The notes below the pieces were generated by a model, which was not told the DNA's origin, did not search any database, and saw only the letters and a program-made list of their open reading frames with translations. This document shows positions 38,191-50,875 of a stretch of 64,000 bases of DNA, one piece after another (positions within the stretch are counted from its first letter, which is position 1; every line of letters begins with the position of its first letter). The DNA is taken from NCBI RefSeq assembly GCF_963921235.1, contig NC_086101.1:15872001-15936000 (forward strand), given 5' to 3'. The position numbers and the translations under genes were made by a program. This stretch comes from Mobula hypostoma (taxonomy: Eukaryota).

Positions 38191-38960
38191 AAGCTAGGAT
38201 TTTTATTGTTCCAAATATAAGATAAGATTATAGAATCTACTCTATCAAAGAACTTTTTAGGAACAAAGGAAGGAACTGCTTGAAATATATATAAGAATTT
38301 CGGTAAAACTGTCATTTTAATAGCATTAATTCGACCTATTACTGATAATGTCATCGGCGACCATTTAGAAAGCATTTGTTTGGTGTAGTCAATTTATGGG
38401 AAAAAAATTATATTTATAGAGATCCTTAAAATTTTAATAATTTTAATACCAAGATAGGGAAAGTAATTTTTAGCAATGCTGAAAGGTACTTGATGTTTTG
38501 GATCCGAGTAGTTATTAATAGGAAGTAACTCAGTTTTATGTACATTTAATTTATACCTGGAGAAACTACTGAATTCAGAAAATATAGATAACATAGAAGG
38601 AATAGATTTCCTAGGATCTGAAATATAAACTAACAGGTCATCTGCATATAAAGAAACCTTGTGTATATTGTCCACTCTCTTAATACCCTGAAAAGTATTA
38701 GAATCTCTAAGAGCAATAGCAAGGGGTTCTAAAGCCAAGTTAAATAATAAAGGGCTAAGAGGACATCCCCACTGTGTATCTCTGTATAATCTAAAACAGG
38801 GAGTTTTTTTTATTATTAGTTATAACCGCAGCCATAGGAGCATGATAGATCAATTTAATCCAGGAAATCAAACGGCAGCCAGTGATATTAATCCCGATTC
38901 TGATACTGATGCCGTTTAAGGTTCGGAACCTGCCATCAGCCGGAGTTGTCATTTGGGGTA

Positions 38961-39430
38961 GAAACTTTGAAAGAATGAGGTGGTAAAACGTGAGCAGAAA
39001 TATTTTAACAAAGAAGTGATTGGGCCATGGACTGGATAATTCAGTGGTTGCTACTTTGAAAACATTAGACAGTACCGTACAGTAACGGGCCCTTCGGTAA
39101 TCAATGTTGTGACAAACTAATTGGTGACCAGATGTCCAATTAGACTAACCCTTCCCAACATAATGTCCATATCCCTGCACATTTCCTGCACATCCATGCG
39201 CCTGTTTAAGAGTCTGTTCAATGTTCTATTGTATCTGCCTCTACCTCGACCACCACCAGAGCATTCCAGGCACCCACCATTCTCCGTGTAAAACAATTGC
39301 CCACAGATCTTTGAACATAACCCCTCTCACTATAAATGCATTCACTCTGATATTAGACACTTTTGCCTATGAAAATGATATCAACTGTCTGCTCTGTCTG
39401 TGTCTCTTATAAATTATAAACCTCTACCAG
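38961..39430. repeat. Local direct repeat, copy 2
   Basis: See 31385-31800. Confidence 0.75.
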
Positions 39431-40299
39431 GTCTCTGCTCAGCTTCTGCTGCTCCAGAGAGAACAACCCACATTTGTCCAACCTTTCCTTATAGCACCTG
39501 CCCTCTAATCCAGATGGACTGCAGGTAAACCTCTTCTGCACCTTTTCCAAAACCTCATCCTCCTTCTTATAACGGGTGAACAGAACTGAATGCAATACCA
39601 GATGCAAACTAAATAATTATGTAAAGCTGCAAAACAACTTCGCAAGTCTGGAACTGATTACTTTGAATAATTATGGCAAGTAAGCCATAAGCCTTCTTTT
39701 CCACCCTATTAACATATCTGGCCACCTTCAAGGGAGATTTGGACTTGGACTCCAAGGTCCTTCTGCTCATTTGTACTGTTAAGGGACTTGCCACTAAGAG
39801 CGTACTCGGTGTATACATTTGAATAATATTAATGTTCAGGAGCGAACTGGGAGGTATTTGGCTGGGAAGTGTTTGCCAGGCTCTGGAGAAAAGCTGAAAC
39901 GTGGAATTGTTGGTGCATGGACTCAGTACAGGCAGAATGGGCCGAGTGTCCCCTTTTGAAAGGTCAACTCTCAATCTCCCGCCCTAGATTCTGCCTGACT
40001 TACGAGTTCCTCCTGCATTGTGTTTCGTTCATTCCAGGTTCCAGCACCTGCAGCCTCTTTGGAATTGGTATTGCTTTATTTTCTCATAATCTGAGGTACA
40101 GTGAAAAACTTGTCTTGCATACTATTCATTCTGATCAGATCATTACATGGCGCACAGTGAGGTAGTACTGTACTCGGTAAATCAATAGCAGAGTAATGTG
40201 TAACAGTGACAGAGAAAGTGCTGTGTAGGGAGACAATGTCGTAACGAGGTAAATTATGAGGTCCAGAGCCCATCTGATCATACCAGGGAACCAGTTAAT

Positions 40300-43200
40300 A
40301 GAATATAGAAGATAGAACAGTGCAGCACAGTACAGGCCCTTTGGCCCATAATGTTGTGCCGACCCTTAAACTCTGCCTCCCATATAACCCCCCGACCTTA
40401 AATTCCTCCATATACCTGTCTAGTAGTCTCTTAAACTTCACTAGTGTATCTGCCTCCACCACTGACTCAGGCAGTGCATTCCACGCACCAACCAGAGTAA
40501 AAAACCTTCCTCTAATATCACCCTTGAACTTCCCACCCCTTACCTTAAAGCCATGTCCTCTTGTATTGAGCAGTGGTGCCCTGGGGAAGAGGCGTTGGCT
40601 ATCCACTCCATCTATTCCTCTTAATATCTTGTATACCTCTATCATGTCTCCTCTCATTCTCCTTCTCTTGAGAGAGTAAAGCCCTAGCTCCCTTAATCTC
40701 TGATCATAATGCACATTCTCTAAACCAGGCAGCATCCTGGTAAATCACTGCTGTACCCTTTCCAATGCTTCCACATCCTTCCTATAGTGTGGGGACCAGA
40801 ACTGGGCACAGTACTCCAAGTGCGGCCTAACCAGAGTTTTATAGAGCTGCATCATTACCACGCGACTCTTAAGCTCTATCCCTCGACTCCATAAGCTTTC
40901 TTAACTACCCTATCTATCTGTGAGACAACTTTCAGGGATCTGTGGACATGTACTCACAGATCCTTCTGCTCCTCCATACTTCCAAATATCCAGCCATTTA
41001 CTTTGTACTCTGCTTTGGACTTTTTCCTTCTAAAGTGTACCACCTTACACTTCTCCGGGTTGAACTCCATCTGCCACTTCTCAACCCACTTCTGCATCTT
41101 ATCAATGTCTCTCTGCAATCTGCGACAATCCTCTAGACTATCCACAACACCACCAACTTTTGTGTCTTCTGCAAACTTGCCAACCCACCCTTCTACCCCA
41201 ACATCCAGGTCGTTAATAAAAATCAAGAAAAGTAGAGGTCCCAGAACAGATCCTTGTGGGACACCACTAGTCACATCCTCCAATATGAATATACCCCCTC
41301 CACCATGACCCTCTGCTTTCTGCAGGCATGCCAATTCTGAATCCATCTGGCCAAACTTCCCTGGATCCCATGCCTTCTAACTTTCTGAATAAGCCTACCG
41401 TGTGGAAACTTGTGAAATGTCTTACTAAAATCCATATAGATCACATCCACTGCACTACCCTCACCTATATACCTGGTCACCTCCTCAAAGAACTCTATCA
41501 GGCTTGTTAGACACGATCTGCCCTTCACAAAGCCATGCTGACTGTCCCTGATCAGACCATGATTCTCTAAATGCCCATAGTTCCGATCTCTCCGAATCTT
41601 TTCCAACAGCTTTCCCACCACAGACGAAAGGCTCACTGGTCTTTAATTACCCGGACTATCCCTACTAGCTTTTTTGAAAAAGGGGACAACATTCGCCTCC
41701 CTCCAATCCTCCGGTACTATTCCTGTGGACAACGAGGACATAAGGACCCAAGCCAGAGGCTCAGCAATCTCTTCCCTTGCCTCATGGAGCAGCCTGGGGA
41801 ATATTCCGTCAGGCCCCGGGGACTTATCTGTCCTAATGTATTTTATCAACTCCAACACCTCCTCTCCCTTAATATCAAAATGCTCCAGAACATCAACCTC
41901 ACTCATATTGTCCTCACCATCATCAGATTCCCTCTCATTGGTGAATATCGAAGAGAATTATTCATTGAGGACTTCGCTCACTTCCATCGCTCCAGGAAGA
42001 TCTTCCCACCTTTATCTCTAATCGGTCCTACCTTCACTCCCGTCATCCTTTTTTTCTTCACATGATTGAAGAATTCCTTGGGGTTTTCCTTTCTCCAACT
42101 CGCCAAGGCCTTCTCATGCCCCCTTCCTGCTCTCCTCAGCCCCTTGTTAAGCTCCTTTCTTGCTACCTTATATTCCTCAATAGACCCATCTGATCCTTGC
42201 TTCCTAAACCTCATGTATGCTGCCTTCTTCCACCTGTGTATATTCTCCATCTCACTTGTCACTCATGGTTCCTTCACCCTACTTATCTTCCTCACTGGGA
42301 CAAATTTATCCCTAAAATCCTGCAAGAGATCCCTAAACATTGACCACATGTCCATAATATACTTCCCTGCAAAAACTTCATCCCAATTCACACCCGCAAT
42401 TTCTAGCCTTATAGCTTCATAGTTTGCCCTTCCCTAATTAAAAATTTTCTTGTCCTTTCTGATTCTATCCTTTTCCATGATAATGTTAAAGGCCAGGGAG
42501 CGGTGGTCACTGTCCCCCAGATGCTCATCCGCTGAGAGATCTGTGACCTGTCCCGGTTCATTACCTAGTACTAGATCTAGTATGGCATTCCCCCTAGTCA
42601 GCCTGTCCACATACTGTGACAGGAATCCATCCTGGACACACTTAATAAACTCTGCCCTGTCCAAACTCTTGGAACGAATCAGGTGCCAATCAATATTAGG
42701 GAAGTTAAAATCACCCATGATAACAACCCTGTAATTTTTGCACCTTTCCAAAATCTGCCTCCCAATCTGCTCCTCTGTATCTCTGCTACTACCAGGGGGC
42801 CTATAGAATACTCCCAATAGAGTAACTGCTCCCTTCCTGTTCCTCACTTCTACCCATACTGACTCAAAAGAGGATCCTGCTACATTACCCACCCTTTCTG
42901 TAGCTGTAATAGTATCCCTGACCAGTAATGCCACCCCCTCCTTCCCTTTTCCCCCCTCTCTATCCCTTTTAAAGCACTGAAATCCAGGAATATTGAGAAT
43001 CCATTCCTGCCCTGGTGCCAGCCAAGTCTCTGTAATGGCCACTACATCATAATTCCATGTATGTATCCAAGCTCTCAGTTCATCACCTTTGTTCCTGATG
43101 CTTCTTGCATTGAAGTACATGCACTTTAGCCTTTCTGCCTTACTATATTTTCAATCATTATTCGGTTTCTCTTTCATCAAAGCCTCTTTATATGTTAGAT

Positions 43201-43660
43201 CTGGCTTTACTCCATGCACTATACTTGCAGTTCTCGCATGACCTTTATCCTTCTCCACCTTACTATCTGCTCGAACACTCTGGTTCCTGTCCCCCTGCAA
43301 ATCTGGTTTAAACACCCCGGAACAGCACTAGCAAGCCTTCCCGCAAGGATGTTAGTCCTCCTCCAGTTCAGGTGCAACCCGTCCCGTCGGAACAGGTCCC
43401 ACCTTCCCAGGAACAAGGCCCAATTGTCCAGAAACATGAAGCCCTCCCTCCTGCACCAACTCCTTAGCCACGTATTTAGCTGAATTATCTTCCCATTTCT
43501 AGCCTCACTAGCACGTGGCACAGGTAGTAATCCTGAGACTGCAACCCTGGAGGTCCTGTCCTTCAGCTTTGCACCTAACTCCCTAAATTCTCTTTGCGGG
43601 ACCTCCTCCTTCTTTGTATCCACGTCACAGGTCCCTACATGGACCACGACATCTGGCTGC
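40300..43660 (-). mobile_element. Near-full-length CR1 (ORF1 SGNH-esterase part + ORF2), disrupted
   Basis: VHVGTCD..DGLHLNWRRTNILAG (ORF1); YFNARSIRNK (EN); RT motifs; 3' tail at ~40300. Confidence 0.9.
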
Positions 43661-44316
43661 TCACCCTCCCTCTTGAGAATACTGTGAACTCGATCTGAGA
43701 GATCTCATAACAGTGGGATAGAAGCTGTCCTTGCGCCTGTCGGTATGATCTTTCAGGCTTTTGTATCTTCTGTCCAATTGGAGAGGGGGAAGGAGAGAAT
43801 GTCCTGGGTGGGTGGGGTCTTTGATTATTTTGGCGGCTTTACTGAGGCAGCAAGAAGTCAGCAGACAGAGTCCTTGGAAGGGAGATTTAATTTGTGACCA
43901 CTCACCCCCTCCACATTTTCTGTGCTGGACCAATTTTGTCATCATCCAGTTGGTGAAATTCTAACAATGAAAATTAAGAGCCTGCAGGTGCTGGAAATCT
44001 GAGGTAAGAAAACTGGATATGCTGGAAACGCTCAGCAGGTCAGGCAGCATCTATGGGAAGTGAAACAGAGTTAACACCCGAAGTGGAAGATCTTTCCTTA
44101 ACACTGGGCAACAATTGTTTACAAGATTCTACTTTCTACTTGATTACCCTCTAATACATGAGGATTGGTCACAGATCTGAACATTTTGCTGCTTCTCTCC
44201 CCAGAGTAGCTGACTGACCTGCTAAGTGACTCAAGCATTTTCCAGCCTTGACCAAATTCTGTTCGGGTGGTGGGCCTGATTTGCTTAGACAAGGAGATGC
44301 TTGATGATTGGCTTAC

Positions 44317-44655
44317 CTCTCACTGCGAGAATCGTCCCTGCCCCATACATTTTCCATTTTATTGTCTCCAACTTGCAGAAGTACATCCCAGTATCACTCG
44401 GCCGCACGTCCTTCAGTTGCATTGAAACATCTATGCTGTTAGTGGAGGGATCACCCCCTTGAGGTTTGAAGAAGCGGCCTCTGTACTCTGCTGTTTCATT
44501 GGTCACTTCTATTCCATTTTGGGCACCCTTGAACCAGTGGTATGACCATATCTTATTCGTGACATTGTGTCTGCATGGAATAACCACCGTCTCCCCTTCT
44601 GTGGCAACAATGCTGGACTTGTCCTGAATGACCACAAACTTCTCAGCACCAATGC
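44317..44655 (-). CDS. NCR3-like: Ig V (VJ-type) exon 1 of NKp30-like receptor
   Basis: IPC, YHW, YFC core; NGIEVTNETAEYRGRF; J-like YGAGTILAV; acceptor ccctgctttcag, donor G|GTAAGC; phase 1-1. Confidence 0.9.
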
Positions 44656-45199
44656 CTGAAAGCAGGGAGCAAACTTTAAAATTGGTAAATTGGTTAATTG
44701 TGGTCACATGTACTGAGGTACAGTGAAAAACTACGTTTTGTTTGCCATCCATACAGATCATTTCATCACACCGTTTCAATAAGTTAATGTAAAGGAGGAA
44801 CAATAACAGAATGGGGAAAGAAGTGTTACAATTACCGAGAAAGTGCGGATCGGAGCCTGGAAAAGAGGAACCCAGGAGTACGAGTGCACAGCTCATTGAA
44901 AGCGGCAGACAGGTAGTGAAGACAATGTTCAGTACGCTGAGCTTCAGTCAGAGCTTTGCGGACAGGAGTCCAGAAGCTATGTTTCTGTTGTACAAGTCGT
45001 TGGTGAGGCTGCACTTGGAATATTTTGTACAGAATTGGCCATCATGTTATAGATGTTATTAATTAGAAAGCGCGCAGATATGGTTTACCTGGATTTTGTC
45101 AGAATTTGGGGGCCTGAGTTACAAGGAGAGTTTGCATAGACTAGTACTTTATTCTCTGGAATGTAGGAGATTGAGGGGGTCGCCTGATAAGGGGGATGT

Positions 45200-48100
45200 A
45201 ACACAATAACGGGCATAGATATTCTGAAAACAGCATTTTTCACGGGGTGAGGATGTTGTTAACAAGAGTACATAGGTTCAAGATTAGACGGGAGAGTTTT
45301 GAAAGGGATATTAAACCATTTCTTCACGCAAATGGTTTTACATGGTTGAAATGAGCTGACAGAAATGGCGGTGGCGGCGAGTAAACTACAAACATTTTAA
45401 AGCCTTCTAGATAAGTTCATGAGTCGGAGGGATTTAGGGAGCTGTGGGGCAAACGCGGGCAGATGGGACGAGTTCGCTGGTTAACGCGATCGACAAGGAC
45501 GAGTTGGGCCGAAGGGCCTGTTTCCGTGCTAGGAGTCCACAATCACTGAGGCTAAAATTGTACAGAATAATCCAAGTGCGGCCTCACAGTCACTGGTACA
45601 TCTGTAACAAAACCTCCCAACTCCCGACCTTAAGGGATTCTGCACATGCGGGAAATCCAGAGTAACAGGACGAACTCGGGAAGTCAGGCAGCAGTTGTGG
45701 AAAGGAATAAACAGTTGACGTTTCGGGCTGAGACCCTTCATCAGAATTGGAAAGGAAGGAGGGAGAAACGAGAAGTCGACATGCTCAGCTTTCGACCTGG
45801 AATTCAGCACCCCCCCCCCAACCCGCCGTCGGCTAGTCAGGGGGTCGATGTCGGAAGCCTGGAGGCTAGAAGCCCGAACGTTTTTATTGCAGTTGGAGGA
45901 CTGTCCGTTTGTGCGCGTGGGAGGGAGGAAAGGGGCTTGTTTTGTTGCACTTTGTTGTGTTCTGTGTTGTTCTGCCGACATTGTGGACATTAATGTTGGC
46001 GCCGGAATGTGTGGCGACCCTCGCGAGCTGCCCACAGTGCCTCCGTAGGTGTGTTGGTTGTTAACGCAAATGAAGCAGACGAACCTTCCCGCTTTTCCCG
46101 CGCTGCCCATTGCCTTCTCCCCGAAGCTGCAGCCGTAAAGGAACAGAAAGCTACTTACCGGAGGAGACGGTCAGTAGCCACAGAATGGCGCCCACCTCCA
46201 TCGTTACTCCTCTAAAGCAGAGGAGATATTTAGTGTTCGCTGCTTCTCCCTTCTTACAGCCGCGCCTCCTCGTGCAACCTGTTAGAAAATTGGGAGGGAT
46301 TAAGTACTGGATTTTTCCAATTGATTTCCGAATCACTTCAGTGACGTTAGGGTCGTTGAGCGATGAGCCACGTCCTCTTCCTGGTAAGATGCCCTTTTGG
46401 ACTGATAGATTCCAAATACAGTTTCCCGTTCAAATCCCTCACCGCGCAGCGCGCGAAGAAGGCAATTCAGCCCACGCCGATCGCCTACACTACTCCAGTG
46501 CTGACTGAACCACTCATTCTCCCCAACTTCCCTTTCACCCCTCCCGTAATTCGCACCCACACTAGAGACAATTCTCAGATCCAATCCACATGTCGTAGGC
46601 ACGTGGAATGAATCGTAACACCCGGCGGTGTGGGGGGATCCGACACGGCTGGTGCACCTGCAGGGAAACAGGCGGAATATGCAAACTCCACTAATTAAAA
46701 CTGCACCAAATTTAGGGGACGAAGCCGTAGTCACAGGAGCTCCGAGAAAACAGCGCTAACATTTGCGGCAATGGTTCTACGTACCAAACCGAAATGGCTA
46801 GCGTAAGCTTACGAAACTGTCATATCTCAGTTAATGTAAATTATTTCGAATTTGACTTCAATCCCCACAACAACGTGTCACTTTAACGGAAGCGGTTAAA
46901 TAATTGGTAACATATCAATTGGTAGCTGTTGGTGAAATGGGCTGTCCAGGGAGGGGTAGCACCTCTGCTGAAGCGGCTTGACCTCTCCCGGGACAACTCA
47001 CCTACCTTTGGGTTCCACCAGACGCTCAGCTCCAAGTTCCTGTCTCCATGCGAAAGCGGCCACACTCGGTTACACCGCTTCGACAGGCGGGCTAAACCAG
47101 GTGAAGGCAGCCGGTGGACCTCATACTCGGGTGAGATAGGGAAATCCCCGTCCTATCATACGAAGGAAACTGATGGAAATCTATGGAATGGGAAACAGAA
47201 TTAATATTGATCTCATCCGCCCGACTGCACAGATGTGATCAACAGTGAGATCCAACAGCCAGGAAGGCGGTTCTGCAACACTCCGTGGACAGCGCACGGC
47301 ATTTCAATGCACGGAAGATGTCATGGTCACCCACTACAACAAAGGAAGACCCCAGTTTGTGTCGACTACTCGTACCACTGCACCCGGACATCCGAGGGCA
47401 AGAGTGTGGAACTGTCCCAGTTAACTTCCCCACGTTAGAAACCCTGCTCAGGTCTCCTGTGATTGTTGGTACGCCGGAAAACCGCCAACAAACGAATCAC
47501 GTCGTTCACACCTCTTGACCGAATAGATACAACGATTAATACAGAATATTGTAGATTTTGGGAATCTGAAATAGAAACAGAAAATGTTTTTAAAAACTCA
47601 GCAGGTCAAGCGCCATCTGCGGAGAGAGAAACAATTAATATTTCTATCCTGAGCCAGAGCGAGACGTTAACGTTTCCGTTTCGCCTGAAGGATCACAGAA
47701 CTGTAAACATTAATTCTGTTTCCCATTCCATGGACTCCCATTATTTTCTGTTTTATTAGGAATTAGGGAAGGTTCCACAATTCGATGCAGTCCGCAATTC
47801 GTCAGGGAATGGGGATTACGGGAGTTTTATATCGTCGAAGATAGATTCACCCCGATCCCTCCCGGAAGAGGGATAACCTTAATAATTAATAAAGGTTTAA
47901 TTCAAATTCTACCTTTGCTCTTTATCAGGTAAATTATCCGAAAGTCCACATGCGTCCGAGATGACAACTCCCTGCCGATAAATCCGGCTTGCTTTCAGAT
48001 GTCAACTAACTTTGCACTAGATCTTTACCCCGCTCCCACCCTTGCCTGTCTCACAGCGTCCGGTTTCCGGCCGCCTGTAAAACTAGTCGCTCAGCGTTCG

Positions 48101-48250
48101 GCAGCTGCGGTAGCGGTGTGAAGAGCTGATGCAGGCAAACCGCCCGCTCCGTGCTCAGCCCAGCGAGAAGCAGCTCTAACTCACTGCACCACCGATTATA
48201 GGATGATAGGAAGGATGAGGAGAGGGTGCAAAATAGGTTTACCCGGATTC
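45200..48250. promoter_or_regulatory. CpG-rich region around the leader exon (probable promoter/CpG island)
   Basis: Visibly more CG dinucleotides than the rest of the window; not computed. Confidence 0.6.
46159..46201 (-). CDS. NCR3-like: Leader (signal peptide) exon MEVGAILWLLTVSS(G)
   Basis: Kozak-like gtaacgATGG; hydrophobic core; donor G|GTAAGT in phase 1 joins V1 to give ...VSSGIGA/EKFVVIQ. Confidence 0.85.
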
Positions 48251-48770
48251 TGGCTAGATTAGATGGCTTCATATGGTTTGTATTATATTATGAGGACAGA
48301 CTAGACAAGTCGAGGGTGTACGATAGGAAATGCAGTAAATTATCAAAAGTATTGATAGGGTAGGTATTAATAAACTTCACAAAGGCAGCGGTGACTTATA
48401 CCAGAGAGAATGGGTTTAAGGAGAGGAATAAGAGAGGATCTCAGTGTGATTTTTTTTTTGCCTCAGAGGATGCTTGGAATCTGGGATACAATGTCTGAGG
48501 GGTGGTGGCGGCCAAAACTCTCGCTGCATTGAAGAAGGATTTGGATGAGCGTGAACTATAAAGGGGAAAAAGGCTGCAGACCACGTGCTGGTAAATGGGC
48601 TGAGTACAGAATGCGACTTGATGGTTAGTATAGATATAAATGGACAAAGGAGCTCTGTGCTGTGTGATTCTTTGGGTCACAGTCATGCACACACTCTTAC
48701 ACACAAATATACACACTCATACAGAAACACACAGACATACACACAAACACACATGCATTCACGCACAAAC

Positions 48771-49815
48771 TGTTACAAGGAGCGACATGTGCAGAACACA
48801 GGCACGGAGATACGGCTGAGAGGTGCTTGCACCGTCGCGAACGTGGAACAGATGGACAGGAGGAATCTTGACACGTTGCTCTGATATTGTGTCTTGGCAC
48901 GGAGACGGGGTTTTCATGGAATATCTTGAAACTAGAGCTGAACTTAGAACTAACGGTTCTAAGCGGTCGGGAAACGAAGTTATCACATGGGAATAGACCA
49001 ACGAACTGCGACCCGTGGTCGTGACGCCAGAGTTCTTATCCTGAACTCTCTGATGGAAACCAGGTGTGCTGTAACTAAGTGAACTGGCAGCAATTGGGAA
49101 TCTAACGACTGGAATTAAGGCATAATCAAGGCGATACGAGCGTGATGGGTAACAGCCAGACGGGACCATGACAGTACCCCATCCCCCTCAAAGGGAGCCT
49201 CCAGGCGAAACCCCGGCTGTTCTGGATGGTCCCGATGGAAGTCACGGATGAGGGGAGGGTCCAGAATGAAGGAGCGTGGAACGTTGCACCGGGCCGTATC
49301 TTTACCAGTCGACCATGTACTGGAGGCCCCTGCCGCGACGGCGCACATCCAGTAACCGCTGGACGGTGTACGCCGGGTGGTAGTCGGTGGTAGTCGATGA
49401 TCCGGGCGGGTGGAGTGGTCTTGGTCGGAGGGCACAAGGGGCTGATGGAAACCGGTTTTAACTGGGAAACGTGAAATGTCGGATGCATGTGCATATATTT
49501 AGGCAGTTTGAGTCGAACCGCCATGGGGTTACTCAACTTGTCGAGACGGGGTTTTCATGGAATAAATTGAAGCTGGACCTGAACTTAGAACTAACGGTAC
49601 TAAGCGGTCGGGAAACGAAGTTATCACACCGGAATAAACCAACGAACTGGCGACCCGTGGTTGTGATGCCAGAGTTCTTATCCTGCAGTCTCTGATGGAA
49701 ACCAGATGTACTGTAATTAAGTGAACTGGCAGCAATTGGGAATATAATGACTAGGATTAAGGCATAATCAAGGAGATAAGAGCGAGATGGGGTACAGCCA
49801 GACGGGACCATGACA
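48771..49815 (-). mobile_element. Internally deleted chromodomain-bearing Ty3/gypsy element
   Basis: 3' LTR 48771-49173, PPT ~49175-49190, integrase C-terminus ([11 protein letters not shown]; [14 protein letters not shown]), partial 5' LTR ~49538-49815; 5-bp TSD CAAAC. Confidence 0.85.
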
Positions 49816-50875
49816 CAAACATACACACTCAAACACAAACACACATAGAAACATACAAATTCACACACACTTACACAGAAAAACATACGTACTCATATGC
49901 ACACACACACACACAGTCATTCACAACAGGCACACACTCAATATACAAACATATACGTTCACGCGTGCACACACATTCACATACTCACATACACACTGAG
50001 AACAAATTACCTACAGAACAAATTTAATTTGCTTTAACCAGATGTCAATCGGAGAGTCACTCCGCCTGGGAGGAATGCTCCCCGATCCAAAGCTTCCATC
50101 GTTCCCATGCTCTGACTGATCTACATATCCCCCACTCTCTCCAGCCCGCATGCGCTGTGTATACTTAGAGTGAGGTAAAGCTTTGTGCATTGAGGAGCTT
50201 CGGTGCCTGTGTACCGCTGTGTGAGCTGCGAGCAGTTCCGTCGTTAACTTAAATATGCAACGGTAAAGGTCCTGCCCCGGAGTTTATGGGATAGTTGCAA
50301 AACCACTTTGGAGGTATCGGTGCCCTTAAAGCACATTAAGGTGGAGAAATACCCTAAACCTGATCAAATGCATTCTTGGATTTCATGTGAAGCTACGGAA
50401 GAAATTGCAGAGGCACCTGCAAAGATTCTTGGAACCTCCTTACCTACGGGAGAAATTCCAGGGGACTGGAGAATGGCTAAAGTTCCTTCATAGGGGCAGA
50501 AAAGACAAAAGATTAAAGATTAGTTTAATCTTTAATTAGTTAAAATGCGTCGCTTGCGTCAATTCATATCAGCGAGGATTGTCGCCACATTTCTGGGGCT
50601 AGCTTAGCATGCCGATAACTCACTAACACGAGCAATACCTGCACGCCTTTGGAATGTCGGAGGACATTGGCCTGCCCGTCGGAAACCCACATGGATTCCT
50701 TAGTGACAGCAGTGGAAATCGAACTCCGATCTAACAGCTAATCATTACATTACTCTGCCAGGTTAGCCTGACATCAGTGGTGATGAAATACTGGAATTAA
50801 ATCTGAGGGACGAGATCTACCGGCATTTAGATAGACAGGACTGATTAGCTTTATGTGTGAGAAATGACATCTCAC

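Larger units (their letters stand above)
35665..38800 (-). mobile_element. L1-clade LINE 3' portion with nested insertions
   Basis: LEPLAIALR..LYADDLL, GRINAIKMTVLPKFLYIF, LIQFKVVHRAH..THIYWSC; A-rich tail near 35670. Confidence 0.85.

Noticed and set aside
27962-44896. Rearranging TCR/Ig V segments
   Set aside because: Both V exons already include the J-like GxG strand and end at splice donors; no heptamer-nonamer RSS is seen at their 3' ends.
45529-46734. Several 60-190-aa ORFs near the leader
   Set aside because: Expected by chance in GC/CpG-rich DNA; built from SINE and TE pieces.
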